Of a stretch of 64,000 nt of DNA, positions 55,767 to 64,000 are shown piece after piece (within the stretch, counting starts at the first letter, position 1; the number at the start of each line of letters is the position of its first letter). Below the pieces are notes generated by a model that made no database searches, was not told the DNA's origin, and saw only the letters and a program-made list of their open reading frames with translations. The stretch is from Gammaproteobacteria bacterium (GTDB lineage: Bacteria > Pseudomonadota > Gammaproteobacteria > Steroidobacterales > JBFFHS01). Position numbers and translations under genes: made by a program. The DNA is taken from contig JBFFHS010000006.1 of NCBI GenBank assembly GCA_041556855.1, forward strand, positions 819 to 64,818, in the 5' to 3' direction.

Positions 55767-58048
55767 TGCTCAGTAGCGAACTCGAATACTGTTTGAATGA
55801 GGCTTTTCAGGCGGCGCGGGACAAGCGCCACGAGTTCATCACCGTTGAGCATTTATTGCTGGCGCTGACGGACACGCCGCAGGTTGTGGAGATTTTGCGT
55901 GCCTGCGGTGCGGAGATCGGTCGACTGCGCCGCGAGTTGGAGGATTTCATCGACGAGTCGGCACCGCTATTGCGGGACGATGACGATGCCGACGTCCAGC
56001 CGACCCTGGGTTTTCAGCGAGTGCTGCAGCGGGCCGTGTTCCATGTCCAGTCCAGCGGCCGCAAAGAGGTGACCGCGGCCAACGTTTTGGTTGCTTTGTT
56101 CAGTGAAAAGCAGTCCCAGGCGGTTTATCTGCTGGGCTTGCAGGATATCGCGCGACTGGACGTGGTGAACTATTTATCCCATGGGATCTCCAAGGTGGGC
56201 GATAGTGGTAAGCCCGAGAGTGAGGGGCTTGCGGACGCCGCGGAAGGGGACAAAGAGGACGCTGAAGCCAGTCCGCTGGAGCGTTTCACGACCAATTTGA
56301 ACGAGCAGGCGGAGCAGGGCCGCATCGACCCGCTGATTGGCAGGGAACATGAAATCGAGCGGACCGTGCAGATCCTGTGCCGGCGTCGCAAGAACAACCC
56401 GCTGTTTGTCGGTGAAGCAGGCGTGGGTAAGACCGCGTTGGCCGAGGGTTTGGCGGGGCTCATCGTGGAGGGCCGTGTGCCCGAGGTGCTGAATCAGTCC
56501 ACCATTTACGCGCTGGACATGGGTACGCTGATCGCAGGCACCAAGTACCGGGGTGATTTTGAAAAGCGGCTTAAGGGCGTAGTGGCGGAACTGAAGAAGC
56601 GCCCCGGCTCGATTCTCTTCATCGATGAGATCCATACGGTGATTGGCGCCGGCGCTGCGTCTGGCGGTGTCATGGATGCCTCGAATCTGATCAAGCCGGT
56701 GCTTGCGACCGGGGATCTGCGTTGTATCGGTTCGACCACTTATGCCGAGTACCGGGGTATTTTTGAAAAAGACCACGCCCTGGCGCGTCGCTTTCAAAAG
56801 ATCGATGTGGAAGAGCCGAGCATTGCGGAGACGATCGATATCCTCCGCGGTCTCAAATCGCGCTTTGAGGAGCATCATGGGGTCAGCTATCAGGACGAGG
56901 CACTGGTAGCAGCGGCGGAGCTCGCCAGCAAGCACATCAACGATCGTCATCTCCCCGACAAAGCCATTGATGTGATCGATGAGGCGGGCGCCCACGTGCG
57001 GCTGCAGCCCGAGGATGAACGGCCAAGCTTCATCGACGTGGACGCTATCCAGAATATCGTCGCCAAGATGGCACGCATTCCGGCGCGCACCGTGTCCGCA
57101 TCCGACCGGGATGTGCTGGCGACGCTGGAACGGGATCTGAAGATGGTGATTTTCGGCCAGGACCCAGCCATCGAAGCGCTGACTGCGGCTATTAAGATGT
57201 CCCGCTCGGGTCTGGGCGAAGAACAAAAGCCGGTGGGCTCGTTCCTGTTTGCTGGGCCCACGGGCGTTGGCAAGACCGAGGTCACGCGCCAGTTGGCCCT
57301 GACCATGGGCGTGGAATTGATTCGTTTCGATATGTCTGAGTACATGGAACGCCATACGGTATCGCGGCTCATCGGCGCGCCGCCGGGGTACGTGGGGTTT
57401 GACCAGGGGGGGCTTTTAACCGAGGCCGTAACTAAACATCCCCACGCCGTCCTCTTGCTGGACGAAGTAGAGAAAGCCCATCCGGAGGTCTTCAATCTGC
57501 TGCTGCAGGTCATGGACCATGGCACGCTGACTGACAACAATGGCCGCAAGGCTGATTTCCGCCATGTGATCATCGTGATGACGACGAATGCCGGGGCCCA
57601 GGAAATGAGCCGGGCCTCTATCGGCTTTACCAAGCAGGACCACTCCAGCGACGCGATGGAGGTCCTGAAGAAGATGTTTGCGCCGGAGTTTCGCAACCGG
57701 CTGGATGCCATCATCCAGTTCAGATCTCTGGACGAGCGGTCTATCGCGCGGGTGGTGGACAAGCTGGTGCTGGAGCTGGAGGCGCAGCTGGACAAGAACA
57801 ACGTGACGCTGGAACTGGAACCCGACGCCCGCGCCTGGATTGCGGAGCGCGGCTACGATCCCACCATGGGCGCGCGGCCCATGGCGCGCGTTATCCAGGA
57901 GCACATCAAGCGCCCGCTCGCCGAGGAGCTGTTATTCGGGGCGCTTGTGGATGGTGGCCACGTTCGCATCACCGTGGCGGAGGATGAGGAAAGTCTGCTA
58001 TTGATTCCCGAGCCGGTCACGCCCGAGCTTGAGCACCTGCCGGACTAG
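55766..58048 (+). CDS. clpA: ATP-dependent Clp protease ATP-binding subunit ClpA
   Basis: Clp_N repeat, two AAA+ modules ([15 protein letters not shown]; [15 protein letters not shown]). TAATG overlap with clpS. Confidence 0.96.
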   Translation: MLSSELEYCLNEAFQAARDKRHEFITVEHLLLALTDTPQVVEILRACGAEIGRLRRELEDFIDESAPLLRDDDDADVQPTLGFQRVLQRAVFHVQSSGRKEVTAANVLVALFSEKQSQAVYLLGLQDIARLDVVNYLSHGISKVGDSGKPESEGLADAAEGDKEDAEASPLERFTTNLNEQAEQGRIDPLIGREHEIERTVQILCRRRKNNPLFVGEAGVGKTALAEGLAGLIVEGRVPEVLNQSTIYALDMGTLIAGTKYRGDFEKRLKGVVAELKKRPGSILFIDEIHTVIGAGAASGGVMDASNLIKPVLATGDLRCIGSTTYAEYRGIFEKDHALARRFQKIDVEEPSIAETIDILRGLKSRFEEHHGVSYQDEALVAAAELASKHINDRHLPDKAIDVIDEAGAHVRLQPEDERPSFIDVDAIQNIVAKMARIPARTVSASDRDVLATLERDLKMVIFGQDPAIEALTAAIKMSRSGLGEEQKPVGSFLFAGPTGVGKTEVTRQLALTMGVELIRFDMSEYMERHTVSRLIGAPPGYVGFDQGGLLTEAVTKHPHAVLLLDEVEKAHPEVFNLLLQVMDHGTLTDNNGRKADFRHVIIVMTTNAGAQEMSRASIGFTKQDHSSDAMEVLKKMFAPEFRNRLDAIIQFRSLDERSIARVVDKLVLELEAQLDKNNVTLELEPDARAWIAERGYDPTMGARPMARVIQEHIKRPLAEELLFGALVDGGHVRITVAEDEESLLLIPEPVTPELEHLPD

Positions 58049-58263
58049 CGGCCGCGATAAACGATACGCCCTTTGCTCAGGTCATACGGCGTCAATTCCA
58101 CCGTGACCTTATCGCCGGTCAGGATGCGGATGTAGTTTTTTCGCATCTTGCCCGAGATATGGGCTGTGACGATGTGTCCGTTGTCCAGTTCCACACGGAA
58201 GGTTGTGTTGGGCAGCGTTTCCACCACCATGCCTTCCATCTGAATTGCTTCTTCCTTGGCCAT
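58045..58263 (-). CDS. infA: Translation initiation factor IF-1
   Basis: [72 protein letters not shown]. Confidence 0.97.
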   Translation of the reverse strand: MAKEEAIQMEGMVVETLPNTTFRVELDNGHIVTAHISGKMRKNYIRILTGDKVTVELTPYDLSKGRIVYRGR

Positions 58264-58332
58264 GCACCCTCAAAATGACGCCCGCCGGCGGGCGCGAATT
58301 GTTGCATAACCTGTGGAGGCCTTGCAACGCGG

Positions 58333-59094
58333 TCAACGGCGCCACGCCAAGCATTGCGGCATGTGAAGGAACTGCGCAAAGGGTTCGCGCCAGGATCCCG
58401 GGGTGCCCTGTGGCTGACAAAATTGCTGCAACTGTGCGACAAATTCGGCGCGTGGTATCAGCGTGGCGCCCAGGGACTGCAGGTGGGCGGACCAGTCCTG
58501 GCAGTCCAGCAGCACATAATCCTGCTGCTGCAGATAGGCACAAAGATGCGCCAGCGCAATCTTCGAGGCATCCCGCCGTCTGGAGAACATGGACTCGCCG
58601 AAGAACACCCGACCAATGGCTAGACCGTAAATGCCACCTACCAGGCGATCATCCGCCCACACTTCCACCGAGTGACACCAGCCGGACCGGTGTAAGGCCT
58701 GGTAGGCCGCTGCCATCTCAGCGGTGATCCATGTGCCACCGCCGTAACGTCGCGGTTCCGCGCAGTTGGCGATCACCTGATCGAAGGCGCTGTCCGCACT
58801 GCACTGCAATGTACCCTGGCGCAGGGTTCGTGCCAGGCGTCGGCTGACGCGCAGTTCGGCCGGCCGCAGCACGGCGCGCGGATCCGGCGACCACCACAGA
58901 ATCGGTTGACCGTCCTCGTACCAGGGGAAGATGCCGCGGGGATAGGCTGTTAGCAGCCGCTCTGCGGAAAGATCGCCGCCCGCGGCCAGCAGGCCGTTGG
59001 GGTTTTCCAGGGCGTGGGCGACGGGCGGGAAGGCGTCCGGCGGATCGCTGGCGGACAGCCAGGCGATACCCGTGTGGCCGCGGCCGTTACGCAT
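58333..59094 (-). CDS. aat: Leucyl/phenylalanyl-tRNA--protein transferase
   Basis: NGLLAAGGDLSAERLLTAYPRGIFPW, WWSPDPR, GESMFS and ASKIALAHL motifs. Confidence 0.9.
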   Translation of the reverse strand: MRNGRGHTGIAWLSASDPPDAFPPVAHALENPNGLLAAGGDLSAERLLTAYPRGIFPWYEDGQPILWWSPDPRAVLRPAELRVSRRLARTLRQGTLQCSADSAFDQVIANCAEPRRYGGGTWITAEMAAAYQALHRSGWCHSVEVWADDRLVGGIYGLAIGRVFFGESMFSRRRDASKIALAHLCAYLQQQDYVLLDCQDWSAHLQSLGATLIPRAEFVAQLQQFCQPQGTPGSWREPFAQFLHMPQCLAWRR

Positions 59095-60250
59095 CAGTCA
59101 CCTGGCGCCGATAGGGCACGTGCGCGGACATCTCGTCCATGTAGGCGTCAATGTGCATGCGTTCCCGCTGTAGGAAATCCGCGACAGCGCTCTGGAAGGC
59201 AGCATCCGCTAACCAATGTCCAGACCAGGTAGCCTGGGGTCGAAAGCCTCGGCTGAGCTTGTGCTCACCCTGCGTGCCTGGTTCAAAGCGAGACAGACCT
59301 TCCCGAATACAAAAGTCTATACCCTGGTAGTAGCAGGTCTCGAAGTGCAGGCTATGAAAATCCGCCAGGCTGCCCCAGTAGCGGCCATACAGCGTGTCGG
59401 CGCTGCGAAAGCAGATGGCGGCAGCGATGGGCTGGTTTTCGAAGCTGGCCAGGAAAATGATGACCGAATCGGCCATGGTTTTGCGTACCTCATCGAAAAA
59501 CGCGCGGTTCAGGTAGGGCGGTCTGCCCCGCCGCAGGAAGGTGCGCGAATAAAAACCGAACACCGCTTCCCACTCCAAATCCGTGGGCTCGTCACCGCGC
59601 AGCACCTTGAACTGGATGCCCTGTTCAGCGATGCGGCGTCGCTCTCGACGGGTATTTTTGCGCTTTTTGGCAGTAAAGGTGCTGAGGAATTCTTCGAAGT
59701 CCCCATAGCCATGATTGTGCCAATGGAACTGACAGTCCTTGCGCAGCATCAATCCACGGGCTTGCAGCGCCGCGTGCTCCGCGGGGTCGGGGAAGAGCAC
59801 GTGCAGTGAGGATACTCGCTGCTGCTCGGCCACCTCGAGGGCAGCATCCAGCAAGGTGGTGGCGGTGGCAGCCGGGGCATCGGATGCCATCAGCAATCGT
59901 GTCCCCGTGGCGGGGGTAAAAGGTACCGCGGAGACGAGCTTCGGATAGTACGACAGCCCGGCCTGGTTGTAGGCGTTAGCCCAGCCCCAGTCAAAGACGA
60001 ATTCGCCCCAGGAGTTGTCCTTGAGATAGAGCGGCAGGGCACCCACCATGCGATCGTGGTTATCCCATAGCGTCACGTGCTGGGGTTGCCAGCCGCTCGC
60101 GGCGCTGGCACAGCCGTGCCGTTCCATGGCCGAAAGGAATTCGTGGCGAAGGAATACGTCATCCCCGGCCAGCGCGTTCCATGCGTCTGCCGGAATGTCG
60201 GCTATGCTGTCGTGGCGATGCCAGCCGGCTGCCAAGGGGCGCGCTGCCAT
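59087..60250 (-). CDS. DUF482/COG3146 FemAB-like GNAT-fold acyltransferase of unknown substrate
   Basis: YYPKLVSAVPFTPATGTRLL, FLSTFTAKKRKNTRRERR, LYGRYWG and FEPGTQGEHKLSRGFRP are motifs I associate with the FemAB-like PF04339 family. The stop overlaps the aat start (ATGCGTAA). Confidence 0.7.
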   Translation of the reverse strand: MAARPLAAGWHRHDSIADIPADAWNALAGDDVFLRHEFLSAMERHGCASAASGWQPQHVTLWDNHDRMVGALPLYLKDNSWGEFVFDWGWANAYNQAGLSYYPKLVSAVPFTPATGTRLLMASDAPAATATTLLDAALEVAEQQRVSSLHVLFPDPAEHAALQARGLMLRKDCQFHWHNHGYGDFEEFLSTFTAKKRKNTRRERRRIAEQGIQFKVLRGDEPTDLEWEAVFGFYSRTFLRRGRPPYLNRAFFDEVRKTMADSVIIFLASFENQPIAAAICFRSADTLYGRYWGSLADFHSLHFETCYYQGIDFCIREGLSRFEPGTQGEHKLSRGFRPQATWSGHWLADAAFQSAVADFLQRERMHIDAYMDEMSAHVPYRRQVTDA

Positions 60251-60346
60251 ATGGTGAAAGAGTCTCTGGATTCGTGAAGGCTTGCAGTCGTGCCATACTA
60301 TGCCAGAGGCTGGAATGCGGCGGCAGAGGGCTCTGGGGTCTGCTGG

Positions 60347-60374
60347 TTGGCTCCCGGTCTTTTTCGCTTATAAT
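60347..60374 (+). promoter_or_regulatory. Candidate sigma-70 promoter of ftsK
   Basis: TTGGCT (60347-60352), 16 nt, TATAAT (60369-60374), about 40 nt upstream of the ftsK GTG. Confidence 0.35.
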
Positions 60375-60415
60375 CAGCTCGTTAAAGCTTACTCGTGCAG
60401 TGATGCCTGAAACGC

Positions 60416-62707
60416 GTGGCTAAGACCACCACTCATTCCCGGGTACACCTGGTCGTACCCGGAATCCGGACCCTGCGCGAGTCAGCGCTATGGGTATTCG
60501 CGGGCCTCGCCCTCATTCTGCTGGTGGCGCTGGGCAGTTACAATCCGCTGGATCCTGCCTTCAGCGTGGCGGGCGACGCCCGGCCAGTCACAAACCGCAT
60601 CGGGCCCGCCGGTGCCTGGTTTGCCGACCTGGCGTTCATGTTGTTCGGTCGTCCCGCCTTTCTGTTTCCCGCCCTGGTGTTCCTGCTGGGCTGGCTGGTA
60701 TTTCGCCAGCGCCGCAGTGCTGAGCCGATCAACCGTGCTGCGCTGGCCACGCGCACTGGCGGTTTCCTGCTGACCCTGGTGACGAGTTGCGGCTTGGCGA
60801 CGCTGCATTTCGCGCCAGGCATCATGCGCGAAACCGCTGGCGGTATTGTCGGTCAACTGGTGGGCGGCGGCCTGCAGTCCATCTTGAGTCTGCTGGGCGG
60901 CACGGTGTTGCTGCTGGTGTTGTGGCTTGCAGCTGTGTCGTTATTCACGGGCGTCTCCTGGCTTGCGGTCATGGACCGTCTCGGCCGGGCCGTTTTCACG
61001 CTCGCGGCTGTGGCGGAAAACGCCGTGGAGCGCCTGCGCACGCTCCTGGCAGCGCGCCAGGCGCGCCAGGCTCGCCAGGAAGTCGTTACCGCGACCCGCG
61101 CCCTGGTCAAGCATAAAGAAGCACCCCGCATCGAGCCGAGCCTGGGTAAACCGGAGGCGAGTCGAAGGGCGGAGCGGGAACGTCAGGTGCCGCTGTTTAC
61201 GCCGCCGAGCAGCACCGCGCTGCCGCCGCTGTCCCTGCTGGATGATCCGCCGGCGGCGGAGGGTGGCTATTCCGCTGAAGCGCTGGAGGCGATGTCGCGA
61301 CTGGTAGAGCTGAAGCTGGCGGACTTCGGCATCGACGTGGAGGTCGTGGCCGTCCACCCGGGCCCCGTCGTGACGCGTTTCGAGTTGCGCCCCGGTCCCG
61401 GCGTCAAGGTCAGCCAGATCAGCAACCTGGCCAAGGACTTGGCCCGGTCCCTGTCGGTAGTCAGCGTGCGGGTGGTGGAAGTTATTCCCGGCAAGCCGGT
61501 GGTTGGTCTGGAGATCCCCAATGAGTCGCGCGAGATAGTCAGTCTCGGTGAGATTATCAAGTCCCGCGCCTATGACGAGCTTAAGGCACCCCTGACTCTC
61601 GCGCTGGGCAAGGACATCAGCGGTCAGCCGCTTGTGGCGGACCTGGCGCGGATGCCTCATTTGTTGATTGCCGGTACGACGGGCTCAGGTAAATCAGTGG
61701 CGATCAACGCCATGGTGCTGAGCTTGCTGTACAAGTCGTCGCCGGAACATGTACGGCTCATCATGATTGACCCCAAGATGCTGGAATTGTCGGTCTATGA
61801 AGGCATCCCTCATCTGCTGGCGCCGGTCGTGACAGACATGAAAGAAGCGGCCAACGCGCTGCGCTGGTGCGTGGCCGAGATGGAGCGGCGGTACGCGCTG
61901 ATGGCCGGCCTGGGCGTGCGCAACATCGGCGGCTACAACCGCAAAGTCAGTGACGCGATCGACAAGGGTCAGCCGATCGCCGATCCCACCTGGACGGTTG
62001 ATCCCGATGATCCGGATAGCCAGGCGGAGAGCCTGGAGCCGCTGCCCTACATCGTGGTGATCATCGACGAGCTGGCCGACATGATGATGCTGGTGGGTAA
62101 GAAGGTGGAGGAGCTGATTGCCCGCCTCGCGCAGAAGGCGCGCGCATCCGGCATTCACATGATTATTGCCACCCAGCGACCGTCCGTGGATGTGATCACT
62201 GGATTGATCAAGGCCAACATTCCGTCGCGGATTGCCTTTCAAGTGTCCGCAAAGGTGGACTCGCGAACCATCCTGGACCAGATCGGGGCCGAGCATCTTC
62301 TGGGCCACGGCGATATGCTGTTCCTTCCGTCGGGCACTTCCATGCCCACTCGCATTCACGGCGCCTTCGTGTCCGACGAGGAGGTACATACAGTGGTTGG
62401 GCATCTGCGGGCAAGTGGCAGCCCGGCGTTTATCGAGGAAATTCTCGATGGTCCCAGCGGTCCAACGCCGGGTATGGAGCCGTCTGCGGATGACGATGAC
62501 GCTGAACAGGACCCGCTGTATGACCAAGCTGTGCGGATTGTCACGGAAACGCGCAAAGCATCCATTTCGGGGGTGCAGCGCCGTCTCAAAATTGGCTACA
62601 ACCGGGCTGCCCGGATGGTGGAACAGATGGAAGAAGCGGGCCTGGTGGGTCCTCTGCAAGCCAACGGTGCCCGCGAGGTGCTGGCCCCGCCGCCGCCAGC
62701 GGACTAA
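60416..62707 (+). CDS. ftsK: DNA translocase FtsK
   Basis: N-terminal 4-TM domain, linker, motor domain [14 protein letters not shown] / [12 protein letters not shown], and C-terminal gamma wHTH ([23 protein letters not shown]). Confidence 0.95.
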   Translation: MAKTTTHSRVHLVVPGIRTLRESALWVFAGLALILLVALGSYNPLDPAFSVAGDARPVTNRIGPAGAWFADLAFMLFGRPAFLFPALVFLLGWLVFRQRRSAEPINRAALATRTGGFLLTLVTSCGLATLHFAPGIMRETAGGIVGQLVGGGLQSILSLLGGTVLLLVLWLAAVSLFTGVSWLAVMDRLGRAVFTLAAVAENAVERLRTLLAARQARQARQEVVTATRALVKHKEAPRIEPSLGKPEASRRAERERQVPLFTPPSSTALPPLSLLDDPPAAEGGYSAEALEAMSRLVELKLADFGIDVEVVAVHPGPVVTRFELRPGPGVKVSQISNLAKDLARSLSVVSVRVVEVIPGKPVVGLEIPNESREIVSLGEIIKSRAYDELKAPLTLALGKDISGQPLVADLARMPHLLIAGTTGSGKSVAINAMVLSLLYKSSPEHVRLIMIDPKMLELSVYEGIPHLLAPVVTDMKEAANALRWCVAEMERRYALMAGLGVRNIGGYNRKVSDAIDKGQPIADPTWTVDPDDPDSQAESLEPLPYIVVIIDELADMMMLVGKKVEELIARLAQKARASGIHMIIATQRPSVDVITGLIKANIPSRIAFQVSAKVDSRTILDQIGAEHLLGHGDMLFLPSGTSMPTRIHGAFVSDEEVHTVVGHLRASGSPAFIEEILDGPSGPTPGMEPSADDDDAEQDPLYDQAVRIVTETRKASISGVQRRLKIGYNRAARMVEQMEEAGLVGPLQANGAREVLAPPPPAD

Positions 62708-62717
62708 GGCGCAACCC

Positions 62718-63341
62718 GTGACGTGGCGTTCCGCGTTGGCTGCGATGCTGTCGCTGATGGCGATGGCCCAAGCTGCTCTGTCCGAGCCTGTGGTGCTGGA
62801 TCAGTTCCTGGCTAACACCCAGACTCTGCGGGCTGAATTTCGCCAGGAGCTTCGCGACACCGGGGGCCAGGTGTTAGAAGTGGCCGGCGGTCGTGTTCTG
62901 ATCAAGCGGCCAAATCGATTTCAGTGGCAGTATCAGGAGCCCTATGAGCAGCTGGTGCTGGCCGATGGCGAGCGGCTCTGGATTTACGATAAGGACCTGG
63001 CGCAGGCGAGCGTCGCCCCGATCGGCAGCGCGCTCGCAGCAACTCCGGCGTTGCTGTTGAGCGGTGAACGGGTTGTCAGCGATGACTTTGAGCTGCAAGC
63101 GTCATTCAGCCGCGATGGCTTGGAGTGGGTGCTGCTCAAGCCCCGACTCGTCAGTGCCGATTTCACTAGTCTGGCCCTGGCCTTCGAGGCGGATGATCTG
63201 AAATTCATGGAACTGACGGACAATCTGGATCAGGTGACCTTTATTGAGTTCTCCAACCTGGAGCGCAATCCGCAGTTGAGCGAAGACCTGTTTCGCTTCC
63301 GAGTGCCGCCGGGCGTGGATGTGATCGGCGAGGGCGGCTGA
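62718..63341 (+). CDS. lolA: Outer-membrane lipoprotein carrier protein LolA
   Basis: Signal peptide VTWRSALAAMLSLMAMAQA, then F.Q......G.....G.....RPN.FRW.Y..PY.Q....DG..LW.YD. The ORF-track start at 62232 lies inside ftsK and is rejected. Confidence 0.85.
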   Translation: MTWRSALAAMLSLMAMAQAALSEPVVLDQFLANTQTLRAEFRQELRDTGGQVLEVAGGRVLIKRPNRFQWQYQEPYEQLVLADGERLWIYDKDLAQASVAPIGSALAATPALLLSGERVVSDDFELQASFSRDGLEWVLLKPRLVSADFTSLALAFEADDLKFMELTDNLDQVTFIEFSNLERNPQLSEDLFRFRVPPGVDVIGEGG

Positions 63342-63346
63342 CAGCG

Positions 63347-63742
63347 ATGCGGCCGCTCAAGGCACCCTGGCTGTGGTTGGCGCTGGGCTGGCTGCTGGTG
63401 GCAGGTACCTGTTTCGCCAGCCTAGTGCCAGGGGATCGCCTCCCCGTGCCGGGGGGGCACGACAAGATGCTTCACATTGTGACCTATTGTTTGCTCATGA
63501 TCTGGTTCGCCGGAATCTATCGTGTGGGACGCTTTCCGTTTATCGCCGGCGGCTTGTTGCTGTTGGGTCTGGCATTGGAGTTCGGTCAGCGGCTGGTCGC
63601 GTCCCGCACCTTCGACGGGTTTGATGTGGCGGCCAATGCGCTCGGCATTGTTCTGGGCGTGGTACTGGCGATGACGGTCTTGGGCGGCTGGTGCCAGCGG
63701 GTAGAGGGTTGGTTTTTCGGCAAGCCATCGAGGGCGTCTTGA
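63347..63742 (+). CDS. VanZ-like membrane protein
   Basis: 131 aa with 4 TM segments and the [12 protein letters not shown] and LEFGQ motifs typical of VanZ-like proteins. Confidence 0.6.
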   Translation: MRPLKAPWLWLALGWLLVAGTCFASLVPGDRLPVPGGHDKMLHIVTYCLLMIWFAGIYRVGRFPFIAGGLLLLGLALEFGQRLVASRTFDGFDVAANALGIVLGVVLAMTVLGGWCQRVEGWFFGKPSRAS

Positions 63743-64000
63743 GCGCTGACGCGCCGCTGGCGGCCGGCCATCGGGTGCCCCTGGCCGAGCGGGCTCGACC
63801 CCGCATTGCCGCAGCCTTTATCGGCCAGGCTCACCTCGTTGGGCCCGGCAGACCCCTTGCCGCGATGCTCGCGGGCAAGGCACTGCAATCGCTGATCCTT
63901 TGGGGGCCCCCCGGTACCGGTAAGACCACCCTGGCGCGCCTCATGGCGACAGTGTCGGAAGCCGAGTTCATCAGCCTCTCAGCAGTGATGGCGGGTGTTA
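63739..64000 (+). CDS. rarA: Replication-associated recombination protein RarA/MgsA, N-terminal fragment running off the right edge
   Basis: PLAERARP....[14 protein letters not shown]......[24 protein letters not shown] start at 63739 overlaps the vanZ-like stop. Confidence 0.85.
   Translation, partial: MSADAPLAAGHRVPLAERARPRIAAAFIGQAHLVGPGRPLAAMLAGKALQSLILWGPPGTGKTTLARLMATVSEAEFISLSAVMAGV

Noticed and set aside
62232-62717. N-terminal extension of the lolA ORF (track start 62232) overlapping ftsK by about 480 nt
   Set aside because: The extension has no LolA similarity and lies inside the ftsK motor and gamma domains. GTG 62718 gives a proper signal peptide. Similar over-long track starts were trimmed for era (5990), rlmD (9563), dnaE2 (45930), exbB (27051), the MTAP-family gene (12602), the PTP (32985), csiV (15402) and DUF2062 (23880).
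1-64000. Scan for CRISPR repeats, tRNA/rRNA genes, IS/transposase or integrase ORFs, toxin-antitoxin or defence-type ATPase/nuclease clusters, and long direct or inverted repeats
   Set aside because: None were recognised by eye in the sequence or the ORF translations. The window appears to be core chromosome rather than an accessory island. tRNAscan-SE, Infernal/Rfam and defence-system HMM scans would be needed to exclude small or divergent elements.

Overview
I did not find a convincing novel multi-gene system: this is ordinary, tightly packed core chromosome from a high-GC gammaproteobacterium. I found no rRNA, tRNA, CRISPR array, IS element, integrase or prophage signature by eye. Almost every gene belongs to a conserved housekeeping block in an order familiar from E. 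coli or Pseudomonas. The blocks are: rpoE(3' end)-rseA-rseB-rseC-grx-like-lepA-lepB-DUF4845-rnc-era-recO-pdxJ-acpS; exonuclease-rlmD-YkuD-nagZ-MTAP; PAS/GGDEF; csiV-mfd; sfsA; lolCED; DUF2062/CBS/comEC-exbB-exbD-msbA-lpxK-kdsB; glycerate kinase; LMW-PTP; rne divergent from rluC; maf; yceD-rpmF-plsX-fabH; DUF1232; Ldt and an Lpp-like lipoprotein; lexA-imuA-imuB-dnaE2; a small acidic protein; gspCDEF; clpS-clpA; infA-aat-DUF482; ftsK-lolA-vanZ-rarA(5' end). The observations most worth a second look are all modest. (1) A FemAB-like DUF482 acyltransferase is translationally coupled to aat inside the clpS/clpA N-degron neighbourhood. (2) A signal-peptide-less YkuD (L,D-transpeptidase fold) protein sits next to nagZ. 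(3) A PAS-GGDEF protein has a destroyed active site but an intact RxxD I-site. (4) lexA-imuA-imuB-dnaE2 forms a single apparent operon behind two canonical SOS boxes. (5) The rne leader is structured and U-rich. (6) An orphan ExbBD pair lies in the comEC-msbA-lpxK-kdsB block. (7) The gspCDEF cluster stops without pseudopilin genes. All calls come from reading the supplied ORF translations and the DNA. No database search was run, so family names are recalled from motif knowledge.
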